Shown piece by piece: positions 28,258-39,099 of a stretch of DNA of 64,000 nucleotides. The notes under the pieces were generated by a model that saw only the letters and a list, made by a program, of their open reading frames with translations, had not been told where the DNA came from and ran no database searches. The position numbers and the translations under genes were made by a program. The stretch covers positions 50,351 through 114,350 of the forward strand of contig JBASWL010000224.1 in the NCBI GenBank assembly GCA_049276455.1, given 5' to 3'. The stretch is from Georgfuchsia sp. Its GTDB lineage: Bacteria; Pseudomonadota; Gammaproteobacteria; Burkholderiales; Rhodocyclaceae. The stretch's first letter is position 1, and every line of letters starts with the position of its first letter.

Positions 28258-28686
28258 ATGGAGTGGGTTATGGAATGCACGGTTCGCTGGCATGATGGGA
28301 TGAGTTTCATTGCTGAAACCGGGAGCGGCCACCTCGTCGCGATGGATGGCGCTCCAGAAGCCGGCGGGCGCAATCTCGCCCCGCGCCCGATGGAACTGTT
28401 GCTGGCAGGCGCTGGCGCTTGCACGGCATTCGATGTCGTGCTGATTTTAAAGCGTAGCCGGCAGGAAATTTCCGGTTGCGAAGCAAAGCTGCTAGCCGAG
28501 CGCGCCGAGGTTGATCCAAAAGTCTTTACCAAAATCAATTTTCACTTCGTGGTAACTGGTCGCGGGCTAAAACCGGAAACCGTGGAACGTGCGATCAAGC
28601 TATCTGCGGAAAAGTACTGTTCGGCATCCATCATGCTCGGCAAGACCGCCGAGATAACCCATACTTGGGAAATCGTTGATGGCTAG
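28258..28686 (+). CDS. OsmC/Ohr family peroxiredoxin-like protein
   Basis: 142 aa with both conserved Cys (LLAGAGACTAFDVV and KYCSAS). The start is 28258 or 28270. Confidence 0.85.
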   Translation: MEWVMECTVRWHDGMSFIAETGSGHLVAMDGAPEAGGRNLAPRPMELLLAGAGACTAFDVVLILKRSRQEISGCEAKLLAERAEVDPKVFTKINFHFVVTGRGLKPETVERAIKLSAEKYCSASIMLGKTAEITHTWEIVDG

Positions 28687-29306
28687 AGATAGTAGGCGGT
28701 ACGCGTCATCGCGCCGGAAACCACACGCATCGCGCACTTGAACGGTGGCGGTAACTCCTTTGCGCCTAACCGCCGTGCCGTTTCGGCATGGCCGATTTCG
28801 TCCATCTTCATCTGCTCGATAATTTTGCGTGATCGCTCGTCCTGCAATGGCAGGCTACCAAGGTGACTTTGCAAATGCTGTTCGACCTGTCGTTCGGTTT
28901 CGACAAGAAAACCAAGATTCCATTCGTCGCCACATTTGCCGGCTATGACACCCATCGCCAGCGAGCCCACATACCAGAGCGGATTGAGAAAGCTCTTGCG
29001 GCTGCCAAGCTCAGCTAGGCGGCGCTCAGTCCAGTTAAGGTGCTCGGTTTCCTCGAAGGCTGCGTATTCCAGAGCTTGTCGCATTTCTGGATTGTGCGAA
29101 GTCAAGCTTTGGCCCTGATAGAGTGCCTGCGCACAAATTTCCCCACAGTGATTGATGCGCATCAGCGCTGCAGCATGGCGCTTCTCGGCCTCGTTTAGAT
29201 CGGCCTCTGGCAAGGAGGCGCCGGGAACTTCGCGACGACTGGATGCAGGTACGAATACCGTGCGCAGCGCCTTGTCGAATTCAGTAATCAGTTGGTCCAG
29301 CATCAT
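28683..29306 (-). CDS. coq7: Demethoxyubiquinone hydroxylase Coq7 (di-iron)
   Basis: 207 aa: AALMRINHCGEICAQALYQGQ, EETEHLNW, DEIGHAE (E-x-x-H di-iron motifs). Confidence 0.9.
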   Translation of the reverse strand: MMLDQLITEFDKALRTVFVPASSRREVPGASLPEADLNEAEKRHAAALMRINHCGEICAQALYQGQSLTSHNPEMRQALEYAAFEETEHLNWTERRLAELGSRKSFLNPLWYVGSLAMGVIAGKCGDEWNLGFLVETERQVEQHLQSHLGSLPLQDERSRKIIEQMKMDEIGHAETARRLGAKELPPPFKCAMRVVSGAMTRTAYYL

Positions 29307-29854
29307 GGTGCATCCGGATGTTTGCCTCGGCGCAAGGCAGCTCGCGCATCGGCGCCATCACGTGGCGCATGGCCGGCAGGGCAAAGAAAGTCGCGGCTCA
29401 ATACCGCATGATGCTGGTTAATAAGCTTGTTTTCGATCGAATGCCATTGAGGATTCAAGACTTTGCTCCAGGTTCCATCAGAGCGTCCGAGCGCAAACAG
29501 CTTGAGTTCATGCGTATCACAGCGCATGCCTTCGAGACTGACATTGCTGGCGCCGCCAGATGTTTTCAGCACAAGCACATAGCGCACGATGCCATCAGCC
29601 CCAATATTGATGGAGCTGCCATCGACGAAAAACCGGTTGTGCTCGGTCGGACCAACATAAAATTCAATGAGGTTTCCTTCGGCGGGGAACCCTGGAATTT
29701 GCGTCGCAACTTCCAACCAAGGCTTCTCTACGAAATCATAAGGCTTTTCCTGGTCGGCCAGCGCATTATTCGCCATGCAAACCAATGCCAGAAAACCAAC
29801 AACAATTGCGGCGCGCGCCATCATTGCGATTCTGCGCCGCTGCAATCCGGCCAT
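29303..29854 (-). CDS. CNP1-like periplasmic family protein
   Basis: It has a signal peptide and CNP1-like blocks: [61 protein letters not shown]. The start is 29854 or 29824. The stop overlaps the coq7 start (ATGA). Confidence 0.7.
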   Translation of the reverse strand: MAGLQRRRIAMMARAAIVVGFLALVCMANNALADQEKPYDFVEKPWLEVATQIPGFPAEGNLIEFYVGPTEHNRFFVDGSSINIGADGIVRYVLVLKTSGGASNVSLEGMRCDTHELKLFALGRSDGTWSKVLNPQWHSIENKLINQHHAVLSRDFLCPAGHAPRDGADARAALRRGKHPDAP

Positions 29855-30348
29855 TTAGGCTGGCGCTCTGCGGGATGGAAAAAAAGGTGACGCGCCAGTT
29901 CAGTGAGCGCCTTCTCGTATACCGCGCGCTTGAAATCAATAACTGAGTTCAGCGGTATCCAGTAGTTGTTCCAACGCCAGGCATCGAATTCTGGATGGCC
30001 GCTAGCGCGCAGCGAAACATCTGTATCACGGCCGACCAGACGCAGCAGAAACCATATCTGCTTCTGCCCCTTGTAGCTGTTGCGCCATTCACGACTAACC
30101 CATTGTTTGGGTACGTCGTATCGCAGCCAGTCACGCGTGCGCCCTAGAACCTCGACATGTTCCGGCCTGAGCCCAACCTCTTCATGGAGTTCGCGATACA
30201 TCGCCTCCTCGGGCGATTCGCCGCGCTTGATACCCCCCTGAGGAAACTGCCAGGAGTGCTCACGAATACGCTTCCCCCAAAAAACCTGGTTGAGACTGTT
30301 GGCCAAGACAATGCCGACGTTCGGGCGATAGCCTTCACGATCGAGCAT
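29821..30348 (-). CDS. rppH: RNA pyrophosphohydrolase RppH (Nudix)
   Basis: Trimmed to ATG 30348 ([15 protein letters not shown]). The Nudix box is [23 protein letters not shown]. Confidence 0.9.
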   Translation of the reverse strand: MLDREGYRPNVGIVLANSLNQVFWGKRIREHSWQFPQGGIKRGESPEEAMYRELHEEVGLRPEHVEVLGRTRDWLRYDVPKQWVSREWRNSYKGQKQIWFLLRLVGRDTDVSLRASGHPEFDAWRWNNYWIPLNSVIDFKRAVYEKALTELARHLFFHPAERQPKWPDCSGAESQ

Positions 30349-30459
30349 GTTGCAACCTTCCAATAACTTACTGCGGCTGATTCTTTCACAATTGTGTGCG
30401 GCTGGAAAGGCCGATCGGCGCAGTAGAATCATGCTTTACCTTAGTTTCAGATCATAATC

Positions 30460-32166
30460 ATGCGCGCCTCAAGGTTTTTTATCGCCACCCAGAAGGAAGC
30501 CCCCGCCGACGCGGAAATCATCTCTCACAAATTGATGATGCGGGCCGGCTTGATTCGCCGTCTGGCAGGCGGCATCTACACCTGGATGCCGATGGGGCTG
30601 CGCGCCCTGCGCAAGGTCGAAGCCATCGTGCGCGAGGAAATGAACCGCAGCGGCGCCATTGAACTCTTGATGCCGGCTGTGCAACCTTTCGAGTTGTGGG
30701 AAGAATCGGGACGCGGTCCGAAATACGGCCCGGAACTGCTTCGCTTCAAGGATCGCCACCAGCGCGACTTCGTTATTGGCCCCACCCACGAGGAAGTCAT
30801 TACCGACGTGTTACGGCGCGAAGTGAAAAGTTACAAGCAGTTGCCGCGCCATTTTTACCAGATCCAGACCAAGTTCCGCGACGAGATCCGGCCGCGTTTC
30901 GGCGTCATGCGCGGGCGTGAATTTCTGATGAAAGATGGCTATTCCTTCCACGTCTCGTACAGTGATCTGGAGCGCGAATACCGCAACATGCACGAGACTT
31001 ACACGCGAATCTTCACGCGATTGGGCCTGCAGTTCCGCGCTGTAGCGGCAGATACCGGCTCCATCGGCGGCACCGGCTCGCACGAGTTCCATGTCCTCGC
31101 CGATTCGGGCGAGGACGCCATCGCCTACTGTTCCGGCTCGGATTACGCGGCGAATGTCGAACTCGCCGAAGCGCTCGCGCCAACCGCACCGCGTGCGGTA
31201 GCGACGCAGACGATGCAAAAGGTGGCGACACCGGGCAAGATCAAATGCGAAGACGTCGCGACATTTCTTGGTGTTCCGCTACAGAAGATGGTCAAGGCGG
31301 TCGCCGTGATGCGCGCGGAAGGCGGCTTTGCCCTGCTGCTGTTGCGCGGCGACCACGACCTCAACGAAGTAAAAACACAAAAAGTGATCGGCGAATTTCG
31401 TTTTGCGCGAGATGAGGAAATCGTCGCTGTGCTCGGCTGCAAGCCAGGTTACATCGGTCCGGTGAGTGAGAGCAGGATCGCCGTGTTCGCCGACCGAACC
31501 GTTGCCACAATGAGCGATTTTATCTGTGGCGCGAACGAAGCAGGCTTTCACCTGACCGGCGTCAACCTCGGCCGTGATCTGGCAGAGCCCGCACAGATAG
31601 CCGATCTGCGCAACGTCGTCGAAGGCGACCCCTCGCCCGACGGCAAGGGCAGCCTCGAACTCTGCCGTGGCATCGAAGTCGGGCATATCTTCCAGCTTCG
31701 CACCAAATATGCCGAAGCACTGAAGTGTCAATTCATCGACGAGCAGGGCAAGGAGCAAGTCATGGAAATGGGCTGCTACGGCATCGGCGTTTCGCGCATC
31801 GTCGGCGCTGCCATTGAACAGGGCAACGACGAGCGCGGCATTGTTTTCCCCGCTGCCATTGCGCCTTTCGAAGTTGTCATTGTGCCGATGGGTTATGCCA
31901 AAAGTGAGGCCGTGCGTGCCGCCGCCGACCAACTGCTGGCCGACCTGCTGGCTGCCAACATCGATGCAATCCTTGATGACCGCGACGAACGTCCGGGTTC
32001 GATGTTCGCCGACTGGGAACTGATTGGCATACCGCATCGCATCGTGGTCGGCGAGCGCGGCCTCAAGGAGGGCAAGCTCGAATACAAAGGCCGCACTGAT
32101 GCTGAAGTTCAGATGTTGCCCTCGGGTGAAGTGCCGCGTTTCCTCAAACAACGCCTATGCGGCTGA
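30460..32166 (+). CDS. proS: Proline--tRNA ligase (bacterial type with editing domain)
   Basis: 568 aa: [44 protein letters not shown], with class II motifs and an INS editing domain. Confidence 0.97.
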   Translation: MRASRFFIATQKEAPADAEIISHKLMMRAGLIRRLAGGIYTWMPMGLRALRKVEAIVREEMNRSGAIELLMPAVQPFELWEESGRGPKYGPELLRFKDRHQRDFVIGPTHEEVITDVLRREVKSYKQLPRHFYQIQTKFRDEIRPRFGVMRGREFLMKDGYSFHVSYSDLEREYRNMHETYTRIFTRLGLQFRAVAADTGSIGGTGSHEFHVLADSGEDAIAYCSGSDYAANVELAEALAPTAPRAVATQTMQKVATPGKIKCEDVATFLGVPLQKMVKAVAVMRAEGGFALLLLRGDHDLNEVKTQKVIGEFRFARDEEIVAVLGCKPGYIGPVSESRIAVFADRTVATMSDFICGANEAGFHLTGVNLGRDLAEPAQIADLRNVVEGDPSPDGKGSLELCRGIEVGHIFQLRTKYAEALKCQFIDEQGKEQVMEMGCYGIGVSRIVGAAIEQGNDERGIVFPAAIAPFEVVIVPMGYAKSEAVRAAADQLLADLLAANIDAILDDRDERPGSMFADWELIGIPHRIVVGERGLKEGKLEYKGRTDAEVQMLPSGEVPRFLKQRLCG

Positions 32167-32759
32167 TACTGACTTTTGCGCTTCTGGTGTGGGCGCACAA
32201 CGTCCATGCCGGCGCGCAGCAATACGAACCTCTGGCGGCGAGTGTGCAGGCCGTACTGCACGAAGCGGTGTCCGACATGGCATCGCCGGAGCCCAAATTC
32301 TCCAGCGTTGTGGAGAAGGTTGATTGGCTCACGGAAATGTCACGACGGCTCTCAAAACGCATGCCGGATCGTACGGCGCGCCTCGAATTTCTCAAGACAG
32401 TCTATTACGAAGCCCAGCGTGCCGGCCTTGATCCGCAACTGGTGCTGGGCCTGATCCAGGTGGAAAGCGGGTTCCGCAAATACGCCGTTTCAGGCGCAGG
32501 TGCGCGCGGCTATATGCAGGTGATGCCGTTCTGGACAAAACTCATCGGCAAAAAGGGCCAGGATCTTTTCCACATGCGCATCAACCTGCGCTATGGCTGC
32601 ACCATCCTGCGCCATTATCTGGATATCGAAAAGGGTGACCTTTACCGCGCCCTTGGCCGCTACAACGGCAGCCTCGGCAAGCCCGAGTATCCGAACATAG
32701 TGCGCGCTGCATGGGAAAAACAGTGGGCTTGGCCACCCAAGACCGAGCAATCGCCTTGA
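32157..32759 (+). CDS. Lytic transglycosylase domain protein (Slt family)
   Basis: It has a signal peptide and the catalytic block [30 protein letters not shown]. It overlaps the proS end by 10 nt. Confidence 0.8.
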   Translation: MRLILTFALLVWAHNVHAGAQQYEPLAASVQAVLHEAVSDMASPEPKFSSVVEKVDWLTEMSRRLSKRMPDRTARLEFLKTVYYEAQRAGLDPQLVLGLIQVESGFRKYAVSGAGARGYMQVMPFWTKLIGKKGQDLFHMRINLRYGCTILRHYLDIEKGDLYRALGRYNGSLGKPEYPNIVRAAWEKQWAWPPKTEQSP

Positions 32760-32947
32760 GTAATAACAAGCTGCTGACCAGCAAAAAAATGTTGGTGCCA
32801 AGATAACTGCCGCTGAAATCACTCGCTATTGCAGTAATAGCGGTAGCGCCAACAAATAACCGGACCCCATCCCAATAATGTATTTCGATTTGCGCTTGCT
32901 TGGGCTAATGTTATCCTTACAATACAAAGCGCTATAAGTCGCTACAT

Positions 32948-34303
32948 CTAGCGCATCCCCGGCATCATCCCTTTCATGCCACGCATCATCTTCGCCATTC
33001 CGCCCTTGGAGAACTGCTTCATCATCTTTTGCGTCTGCTCGAACTGATTGAGCAGACGATTCACTTCCTGCACTTGCACGCCAGCGCCGGTGGCGATGCG
33101 GCGCTTGCGCGAGGCCTTGATGAGTTCGGGCTTGCTGCGCTCCGTTGGCGTCATCGAGTTTATGATGCCCTCAATGCGACGAATGGATTTGTCTTCAACC
33201 GCACCGCCAGCCTGTTGTGCAGCCTGGGCGAACTGTGCCGGCAGTTTGTCTAGTAGCGAAGAAACGCCCCCCATCTTGCGCATCTGACCGATCTGTTCCT
33301 TGAAGTCGTTGAGATCAAAGCCCTTGCCGGACTTCATTTTCTTGACTAAATCCTTGGCCTTGTCCTGGTCGACGCCACGCTGTGCCTCTTCGACCAAGCC
33401 GAGAATGTCACCCATACCGAGAATGCGCGAAGCCATGCGCTCGGGATGGAATTCTTCCAGCCCGCCCAGCTTTTCGCCCACACCGGCGAACTTGAGTGGT
33501 TTGCCGGTCACATGGCGCACCGACAGGGCGGCACCGCCGCGCGAGTCACCGTCGAGCTTGGTGAGAACGATGCCGGTGAGAGGTAATGCGTCGGCAAAGG
33601 CCTTGGCCGTATTCACGGCATCCTGTCCGAGCATGGCATCGACCACGAACAGTGTTTCTATCGGCTTCAGTTGTGCATGGAGTTCGCGAATCTCGGCCAT
33701 CATCATTTCGTCGATCGCCAATCGTCCGGCGGTGTCGACAAAGAGCACATCGTAATAGTGCTTCCTGGCGTAATCGAGTGCAGCGGCAGCAATGGCTGAC
33801 GGTTTCTGCTCACCCGTGGAGGGAAAGAAATCGATGCCGGCCTGCGCCGAGACGGTCTTCAACTGCTCGATGGCAGCAGGGCGATAGACGTCACAGCTTA
33901 CTGCCAGCACTTTCTTTTTTTGCCGCTCCTTGAGCCACTTGCCGAGTTTCGCCGTGGTGGTGGTCTTGCCTGCGCCTTGCAAACCGGCCATGAGAATGAT
34001 CGCAGGCGGTTGTGTGGCGAAATTAAGGCCGACCGACTGGCCGCCCATCAACTCTGTCAATTCACGATGCACCACGCCGACCAGAGCCTGGCCTGGCGTG
34101 AGCGATCCTATGACCTCCTGGCCTAGCGCCTTTTCCTTTACCCGGGCGATGAATTCCTTGACCACGGGTAGCGCGACGTCAGCCTCGAGTAGGGCCATGC
34201 GCACTTCGCGCAGCATGTCGGTAATGTTGTCTTCGGAGAGCCGGGCCTGGCCGCGCAGGGATTTGACGACTTTGCCGAGACGCTGGGTAAGATTGTCGAG
34301 CAT
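32948..34303 (-). CDS. ffh: Signal recognition particle protein Ffh
   Basis: Trimmed to ATG 34303 (MLDNLTQRLGKVVKSLRG). The GTPase blocks are GLQGAGKTTT, DTAGR and TKLDGD. A Met-rich C-terminal M domain is present. Confidence 0.97.
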   Translation of the reverse strand: MLDNLTQRLGKVVKSLRGQARLSEDNITDMLREVRMALLEADVALPVVKEFIARVKEKALGQEVIGSLTPGQALVGVVHRELTELMGGQSVGLNFATQPPAIILMAGLQGAGKTTTTAKLGKWLKERQKKKVLAVSCDVYRPAAIEQLKTVSAQAGIDFFPSTGEQKPSAIAAAALDYARKHYYDVLFVDTAGRLAIDEMMMAEIRELHAQLKPIETLFVVDAMLGQDAVNTAKAFADALPLTGIVLTKLDGDSRGGAALSVRHVTGKPLKFAGVGEKLGGLEEFHPERMASRILGMGDILGLVEEAQRGVDQDKAKDLVKKMKSGKGFDLNDFKEQIGQMRKMGGVSSLLDKLPAQFAQAAQQAGGAVEDKSIRRIEGIINSMTPTERSKPELIKASRKRRIATGAGVQVQEVNRLLNQFEQTQKMMKQFSKGGMAKMMRGMKGMMPGMR

Positions 34304-34362
34304 GAATAATTTGCCGAAGAAGGGGAACGTAAGGATACGGCGGGTTGCGTTAAACTTCGCCC

Positions 34363-35196
34363 ATGCTCGGAATTTTAATGCATCTCCTTGCGGCAACCCT
34401 ATACGCTGCTCTGGCGGCCCGCTTAGTGCAAACCCGCTGGCGTGGCCTGCAGACCCCCCGTTCTGCCCCAAAAGGATTGGGTGCTCTTGAACGCGTGCTG
34501 CTGCTTGCAGCGCTCGTTGTTCATGGCATCACACTGGGCCGCGATATTTTTTATGGTGACGAGATTCACTTCGGCTATGCCATTGCGCTCTCCTTCATGC
34601 TCTGGCTGGCAATAGCGTTCTACTGGCTCGAGAGCTTCTATACGCATATGGAGGGACTGCTGATCATCGGACTTCCTGCCGCTGCTGTGGCCTTATTGCT
34701 GCCGAGCCTGGTTTCTGAGCACCACGTGCTTGTATATGCCGGTTCAGCGGCTTTCCGCCTGCACTTCCTTATTGCCATGCTGTCGTACAGCCTATTCACA
34801 CTGGCGGCCTTGCATGCGCTGTTGATGTCGGCTGTGGAGAAATACCTGCATCACGGCCGACTCTCGCCCCTGCTTTCCGGCTTGCCCCCCTTGCTGGCCA
34901 TGGAAACCATGCTGTTCCGGGTGATTCATGTTGCCTTTGTCCTGCTCACGTTAACAGTGATCTCTGGTATCGCATTTTCCGAGACCTTGTTTGGCAAAGC
35001 CCTCACCTTCAACCACAAAACCGTGTTCGCCATCCTGTCCTGGCTGATTTTCGCCGGACTCCTGCTGGGACGACATTTACGTGGTTGGCGCGGACGTATC
35101 GCGCTGCGATGGACACTGGTCGGGTTTGTCGTTTTACTGTTCGCCTATGTGGGGAGTCGTTTCGTACTCGAAGTCATTCTCGGCCGTGCCGGCTAA
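34363..35196 (+). CDS. ypjD: Cytochrome c assembly (CcsA-like) family inner-membrane protein YpjD
   Basis: 277-aa polytopic ORF, divergent from ffh as in enterobacterial ffh-ypjD-yfjD synteny. Confidence 0.8.
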   Translation: MLGILMHLLAATLYAALAARLVQTRWRGLQTPRSAPKGLGALERVLLLAALVVHGITLGRDIFYGDEIHFGYAIALSFMLWLAIAFYWLESFYTHMEGLLIIGLPAAAVALLLPSLVSEHHVLVYAGSAAFRLHFLIAMLSYSLFTLAALHALLMSAVEKYLHHGRLSPLLSGLPPLLAMETMLFRVIHVAFVLLTLTVISGIAFSETLFGKALTFNHKTVFAILSWLIFAGLLLGRHLRGWRGRIALRWTLVGFVVLLFAYVGSRFVLEVILGRAG

Positions 35197-35212
35197 GCGA
35201 CCCGATTGACGG

Positions 35213-36478
35213 ATGGACGACATCCCTCTTTCTGCGCAGTTCTGGGTCTTGGCCCTTCTGGTGCTCTGTTCCGGCTTTTTCTCCATGGCCGAGACAGCCA
35301 TGATGGCCTCTAACCGCCATCGCCTGCGCCATCTCGCCAAGGAAGGGAATCCTGGCGCGGCATTGGCAGTAACGCTGCTGGGAACGACTGACAAACTGCT
35401 TGGCGTCATTTTGCTCGGGAACACCTTGTTGAATGCGGCGGCTGCAATGATTACCGGCAACATAGCGCTTACCCTGTTTGGCGAGGAGAAATGGGCGCTC
35501 GAAGCCGGCGCAATATTCGTCACATTCTGCCTGCTGGTTTTTGCCGAATTCACACCGAAGGTAGTCGGAGCAACGCATCCTGACTGGCTGGCACAGCGCA
35601 TCGTTTTTGTCCTCGCACCACTACTGCGGATTACCTATCCGCTGGTCTGGGCCGTGAATTTGCTGGTAACCGGTCTGCTTAAATTGTTGTGTCTACAGCC
35701 CAAGCCAGGGCATCAGGAATTGCGTATGTCGGCCGAGGAACTGCGCAGCCTTGTACTTGAATCAGCACATGGCATTCCCAACCAGCACCGCGCCATTCTG
35801 CTTAATTTGTTCGACCTGGAGGACATCACGGTCGAAGACATCATGCGCCCACGTGGAAGCGTCGAAGCTATTGACCTGCAGGCGCCACTCGAGGAAATTC
35901 GCCAGCAACTCGCTACCAGTTACCACACGCATCTGCCGGTATATGACGGCGATCCGGGTAATGTGATCGGCATTCTGCACCAGAGGCGGTTGCTGTCGCA
36001 CGTTATGGCCGGCGAGTGGAACCACGATACCCTGCGCCAGCAACTGGCTGATCCCTATTTCATTCCTGCCGGCACCCAAATTTATTCCCAGCTTCAGTTC
36101 TTCCAGGAAAACCGCCAACGTCTAGGGTTGGTGGTGGATGAATACGGAGAGATACAGGGCCTTGTCACCCTGGAAGACATCATCGAAGAAATCATCGGCA
36201 AATTTGCCACAGGCCTGCCAGGGACAGACAATGAACTGCATTGGAGCGCAGACAATACCGTTCTGGTCGAAGGCAGAAAGCCCCTGCGTGAAATAAATCG
36301 ATCGCTGGACCTGGATTTGCCGCTGGATGGACCTAAAACCTTGAACGGATTGATGCTCGAATACTTTCAGGATATTCCCGAAGCAGGGATCAGCGCCAAA
36401 ATCGGCGGCATTGTCATGGAAGTAGTGCAAACTCAGGACAAGGCGGTAAAAATTATCCGGCTCAGCAGGCCAGAATAG
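35213..36478 (+). CDS. yfjD: HlyC/CorC family transporter (DUF21-CBS pair-CorC_HlyC), YfjD-like
   Basis: 421 aa with an N-terminal DUF21 membrane domain, CBS region (EDIMRPRGSV...) and a C-terminal transporter-associated domain. Confidence 0.85.
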   Translation: MDDIPLSAQFWVLALLVLCSGFFSMAETAMMASNRHRLRHLAKEGNPGAALAVTLLGTTDKLLGVILLGNTLLNAAAAMITGNIALTLFGEEKWALEAGAIFVTFCLLVFAEFTPKVVGATHPDWLAQRIVFVLAPLLRITYPLVWAVNLLVTGLLKLLCLQPKPGHQELRMSAEELRSLVLESAHGIPNQHRAILLNLFDLEDITVEDIMRPRGSVEAIDLQAPLEEIRQQLATSYHTHLPVYDGDPGNVIGILHQRRLLSHVMAGEWNHDTLRQQLADPYFIPAGTQIYSQLQFFQENRQRLGLVVDEYGEIQGLVTLEDIIEEIIGKFATGLPGTDNELHWSADNTVLVEGRKPLREINRSLDLDLPLDGPKTLNGLMLEYFQDIPEAGISAKIGGIVMEVVQTQDKAVKIIRLSRPE

Positions 36479-36615
36479 TGGAAGTACTGAGGATTTTGTC
36501 ATAGTCCGGGCTTTACAAACCTCCGCCAGCCGGGCATCATCATTGGTGGAAAATCGAATTCCCGAGCATGAGCGGTTAGCTGCATACATGGGGTTCGATT
36601 AGGGGAGACGTCTCA

Positions 36616-37839
36616 ATGGCAACTGCGAAAAAGGCCGCGAAAAAGGAATTCGCCTACTCTTGGGAGGGTAAGGATCGTACAGGGAGAGTTGTGCGTGGCG
36701 AAATGCGTGCGGTGGGCACAGAGGCAGTATTGGCCACATTGCGTCGCCAGGGAATTATCGTTACCAAAGTCAAAAAGCACTCGGCAAGCGGCAGTGGCAA
36801 GGTCGAAGATAAAGACATTGTTCTTTTCACGCGCCAGCTGGCCACCATGATGAAGGCCGGGGTGCCCTTACTGCTATCTTTCGATATCGTTGCCAAGGGA
36901 TCGAGTAATCCTGCAGTAACCCGGCTGTTACTTGACATCAAGATGGAAATTGAAACCGGATCCAACCTGAACTCCGCCTTTCGCAAGCATCCCTTGCTGT
37001 TCGATGATCTCTACTGCGATCTCATCCAGGCCGGAGAGCAAGCAGGGATTCTTGAGTCCATTCTCGACCGCCTTGCCACCTACAAGGAAAAGTCACTCGC
37101 ACTGAAGAAAAAAATCAAGGGTGCCATGAGCTACCCGATTACCGTCCTGGCAGTTGCGGGCATCGTGACTGCAATCATCATGATTTTTGTAGTGCCCCAA
37201 TTCAAGGCCGTCTTTGCCAGTTTCGGCGCCGATCTGCCCGGACCAACGATGGTACTCATCGCATCATCGGAATTTCTTGTGAGCTATTGGTACATTCTGG
37301 CTGCCTGCATTTTTGGGTTCTTCTATACGTTCTTTTTCTTCTGGAAACGCTCGCTCGCGATGCAGATTTTCATGGACAGGCTGATGCTGAAGCTACCTAT
37401 ATTTGGGCCCTTGCAGGAAAAAGCCATTATTGCGCGCTGGACCAGAACACTGGCGACCATGTTTGCTGCAGGCGTGCCCTTGGTCGAATCGCTTGAATCG
37501 GTGTCAGGCGCTGCTGGAAATTACGTATATCGAGTTGCCACCAAGCAGATCCAGAACGAGATCAGCACGGGGAACACGCTTGTTTCCTCGATGATTAACT
37601 CCAATGTCTTCCCGAGCATGGTGTTGCAGATGGTTGCGATTGGAGAAGAATCCGGCGCATTGGACAGTATGCTGGGCAAGGTGGCTGATTTCTTCGAGGC
37701 GGAGGTTGATGAAGCCGTCGAAAACATTACGGCCTTGATGGAACCTCTGATTATGTCGGTTCTTGGTATCGTGATCGGCGGGATGGTGGTCGCTCTGTAC
37801 CTGCCGATTTTCAAGCTCGGTTCCGTCGTCGGCGGCTGA
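36616..37839 (+). CDS. pilC: Type IV pilus assembly platform protein PilC (GspF family)
   Basis: 407 aa with two GspF repeats: FTRQLATMMKAGVPLL and WTRTLATMFAAGVPLVESL. Confidence 0.9.
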   Translation: MATAKKAAKKEFAYSWEGKDRTGRVVRGEMRAVGTEAVLATLRRQGIIVTKVKKHSASGSGKVEDKDIVLFTRQLATMMKAGVPLLLSFDIVAKGSSNPAVTRLLLDIKMEIETGSNLNSAFRKHPLLFDDLYCDLIQAGEQAGILESILDRLATYKEKSLALKKKIKGAMSYPITVLAVAGIVTAIIMIFVVPQFKAVFASFGADLPGPTMVLIASSEFLVSYWYILAACIFGFFYTFFFFWKRSLAMQIFMDRLMLKLPIFGPLQEKAIIARWTRTLATMFAAGVPLVESLESVSGAAGNYVYRVATKQIQNEISTGNTLVSSMINSNVFPSMVLQMVAIGEESGALDSMLGKVADFFEAEVDEAVENITALMEPLIMSVLGIVIGGMVVALYLPIFKLGSVVGG

Positions 37840-37842
37840 TCA

Positions 37843-38718
37843 ATGTCAATGTTTTCTGCGGCCGGTGGTGTGCCGGAACCAGTCCTGCTCATCACGTTTG
37901 CCTCGCTACTGGGCCTGCTGATCGGCAGCTTCCTCAATGTTGTGATCCATCGTCTGCCGAAGATGATGGAACGCGACTGGCAGTATCAATGTGCCGAATT
38001 GCGCGGCGAAGTGCCGCCGGAAGCCGAAAAATTCACCTTGATTGCCCCGCGCTCGCGTTGTCCGCATTGCCGTCATGCGATTTCGGCGATCGAAAATATT
38101 CCCGTCGTCAGCTACCTGTTCCTGCAGGGCCGCTGTCGTGAGTGCAAGGTGACAATCAGCCTGCGTTATCCGCTGGTGGAACTGCTGACCGCTGCGCTGT
38201 TTGGACTCGCTGCATGGCGATTCGGTTACTCTGCCGCGACACTGGGTGCGATGTTTTTTTGCGCTACTGCAGTCGCCCTGACTTTCATCGACTTCGACAC
38301 CCAGTTGTTGCCCGACGATCTGACTCTGCCACTGCTCTGGGCCGGCCTGCTGTTCAATCTGTGGGGCAGCTACACGAACCTGGCCAGTGCGGTGATTGGA
38401 GCTATTGCCGGCTATCTCTCGCTGTGGTCGGTCTACTGGGGCTTCAAATTGATCACCGGCAAGGAGGGGATGGGCTACGGCGACTTTAAACTGCTCGCCG
38501 CCATCGGCGCCTGGGTCGGTTGGCAGGTGCTGCCCTTGACGATATTGCTCTCTTCTCTTGTCGGCGCACTAGTCGGCATCGCCCTGATCGTGGCGGCGCG
38601 TCACGGCCGCAATGTGCCCATTCCTTTTGGGCCTTATCTCGCAGCGGCGGGTGTCCTTGCCCTGTTCTGGGGAAAACCGCTGACGCAACTTTATTTGGGC
38701 AGCGTGCTGCGGGGTTGA
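37843..38718 (+). CDS. pilD: Prepilin peptidase / N-methyltransferase PilD (A24 family)
   Basis: 291 aa with Cys-motif pairs (CPHCRH...CRECK) and catalytic Asp blocks (FIDFDTQLLPD, GMGYGDFKLLAAIGAW). Confidence 0.9.
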   Translation: MSMFSAAGGVPEPVLLITFASLLGLLIGSFLNVVIHRLPKMMERDWQYQCAELRGEVPPEAEKFTLIAPRSRCPHCRHAISAIENIPVVSYLFLQGRCRECKVTISLRYPLVELLTAALFGLAAWRFGYSAATLGAMFFCATAVALTFIDFDTQLLPDDLTLPLLWAGLLFNLWGSYTNLASAVIGAIAGYLSLWSVYWGFKLITGKEGMGYGDFKLLAAIGAWVGWQVLPLTILLSSLVGALVGIALIVAARHGRNVPIPFGPYLAAAGVLALFWGKPLTQLYLGSVLRG

Positions 38719-38809
38719 AAGAGCGCCGTCCCGCCCCCATTTGCTCTGCTCGGCGGCGCCTTTTGCCGCAGACCCTTACGCTATAATCCTTCCTTTATTG
38801 GGGGCAACC

Positions 38810-39079
38810 ATGCCTATTTACGCTTATCGCTGTACAGCTTGCGGTTTCGAAAAAGACGTTCTGCAAAAGTTGAGCGACGCACCACTCAACACCTGTCCCG
38901 AATGCCAAGCCGCCAGCTTTGCAAAGCAGTTGACGGCCGCTGGTTTCCAACTCAAGGGCAGCGGCTGGTACGCGACCGACTTCAAGGGCAGCAGCAAGCC
39001 GGCAGCAGAATCCAAGCCCGAAGCTGCCGCGCCGCCTTGTCAAGGTGGTACCGGTACCTGCCCTGCTGCTTGCAGTTGA
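38810..39079 (+). CDS. FmdB family zinc-ribbon regulatory protein
   Basis: Trimmed to ATG 38810: MPIYAYRCTACGFEKDVLQKLSDAPLNTCPECQ (CxxC...CxxC). Confidence 0.8.
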   Translation: MPIYAYRCTACGFEKDVLQKLSDAPLNTCPECQAASFAKQLTAAGFQLKGSGWYATDFKGSSKPAAESKPEAAAPPCQGGTGTCPAACS

Positions 39080-39099
39080 CAAATCCCGGCTAGACAGTT

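Noticed and set aside
28203-28538. 111-aa ORF antisense to the OsmC-like gene
   Set aside because: It is a shadow ORF of a well-supported gene and has no motifs.
34304-34471. N-terminal extension of ffh, and analogous extensions of argC, ubiA, tyrS, argS, recQ, engB, rppH, ridA, nudB and the bufA ORF
   Set aside because: The canonical conserved N-termini begin at internal ATG codons that I checked in the DNA. The extensions are unconserved-looking and often overlap neighbouring genes or promoters.
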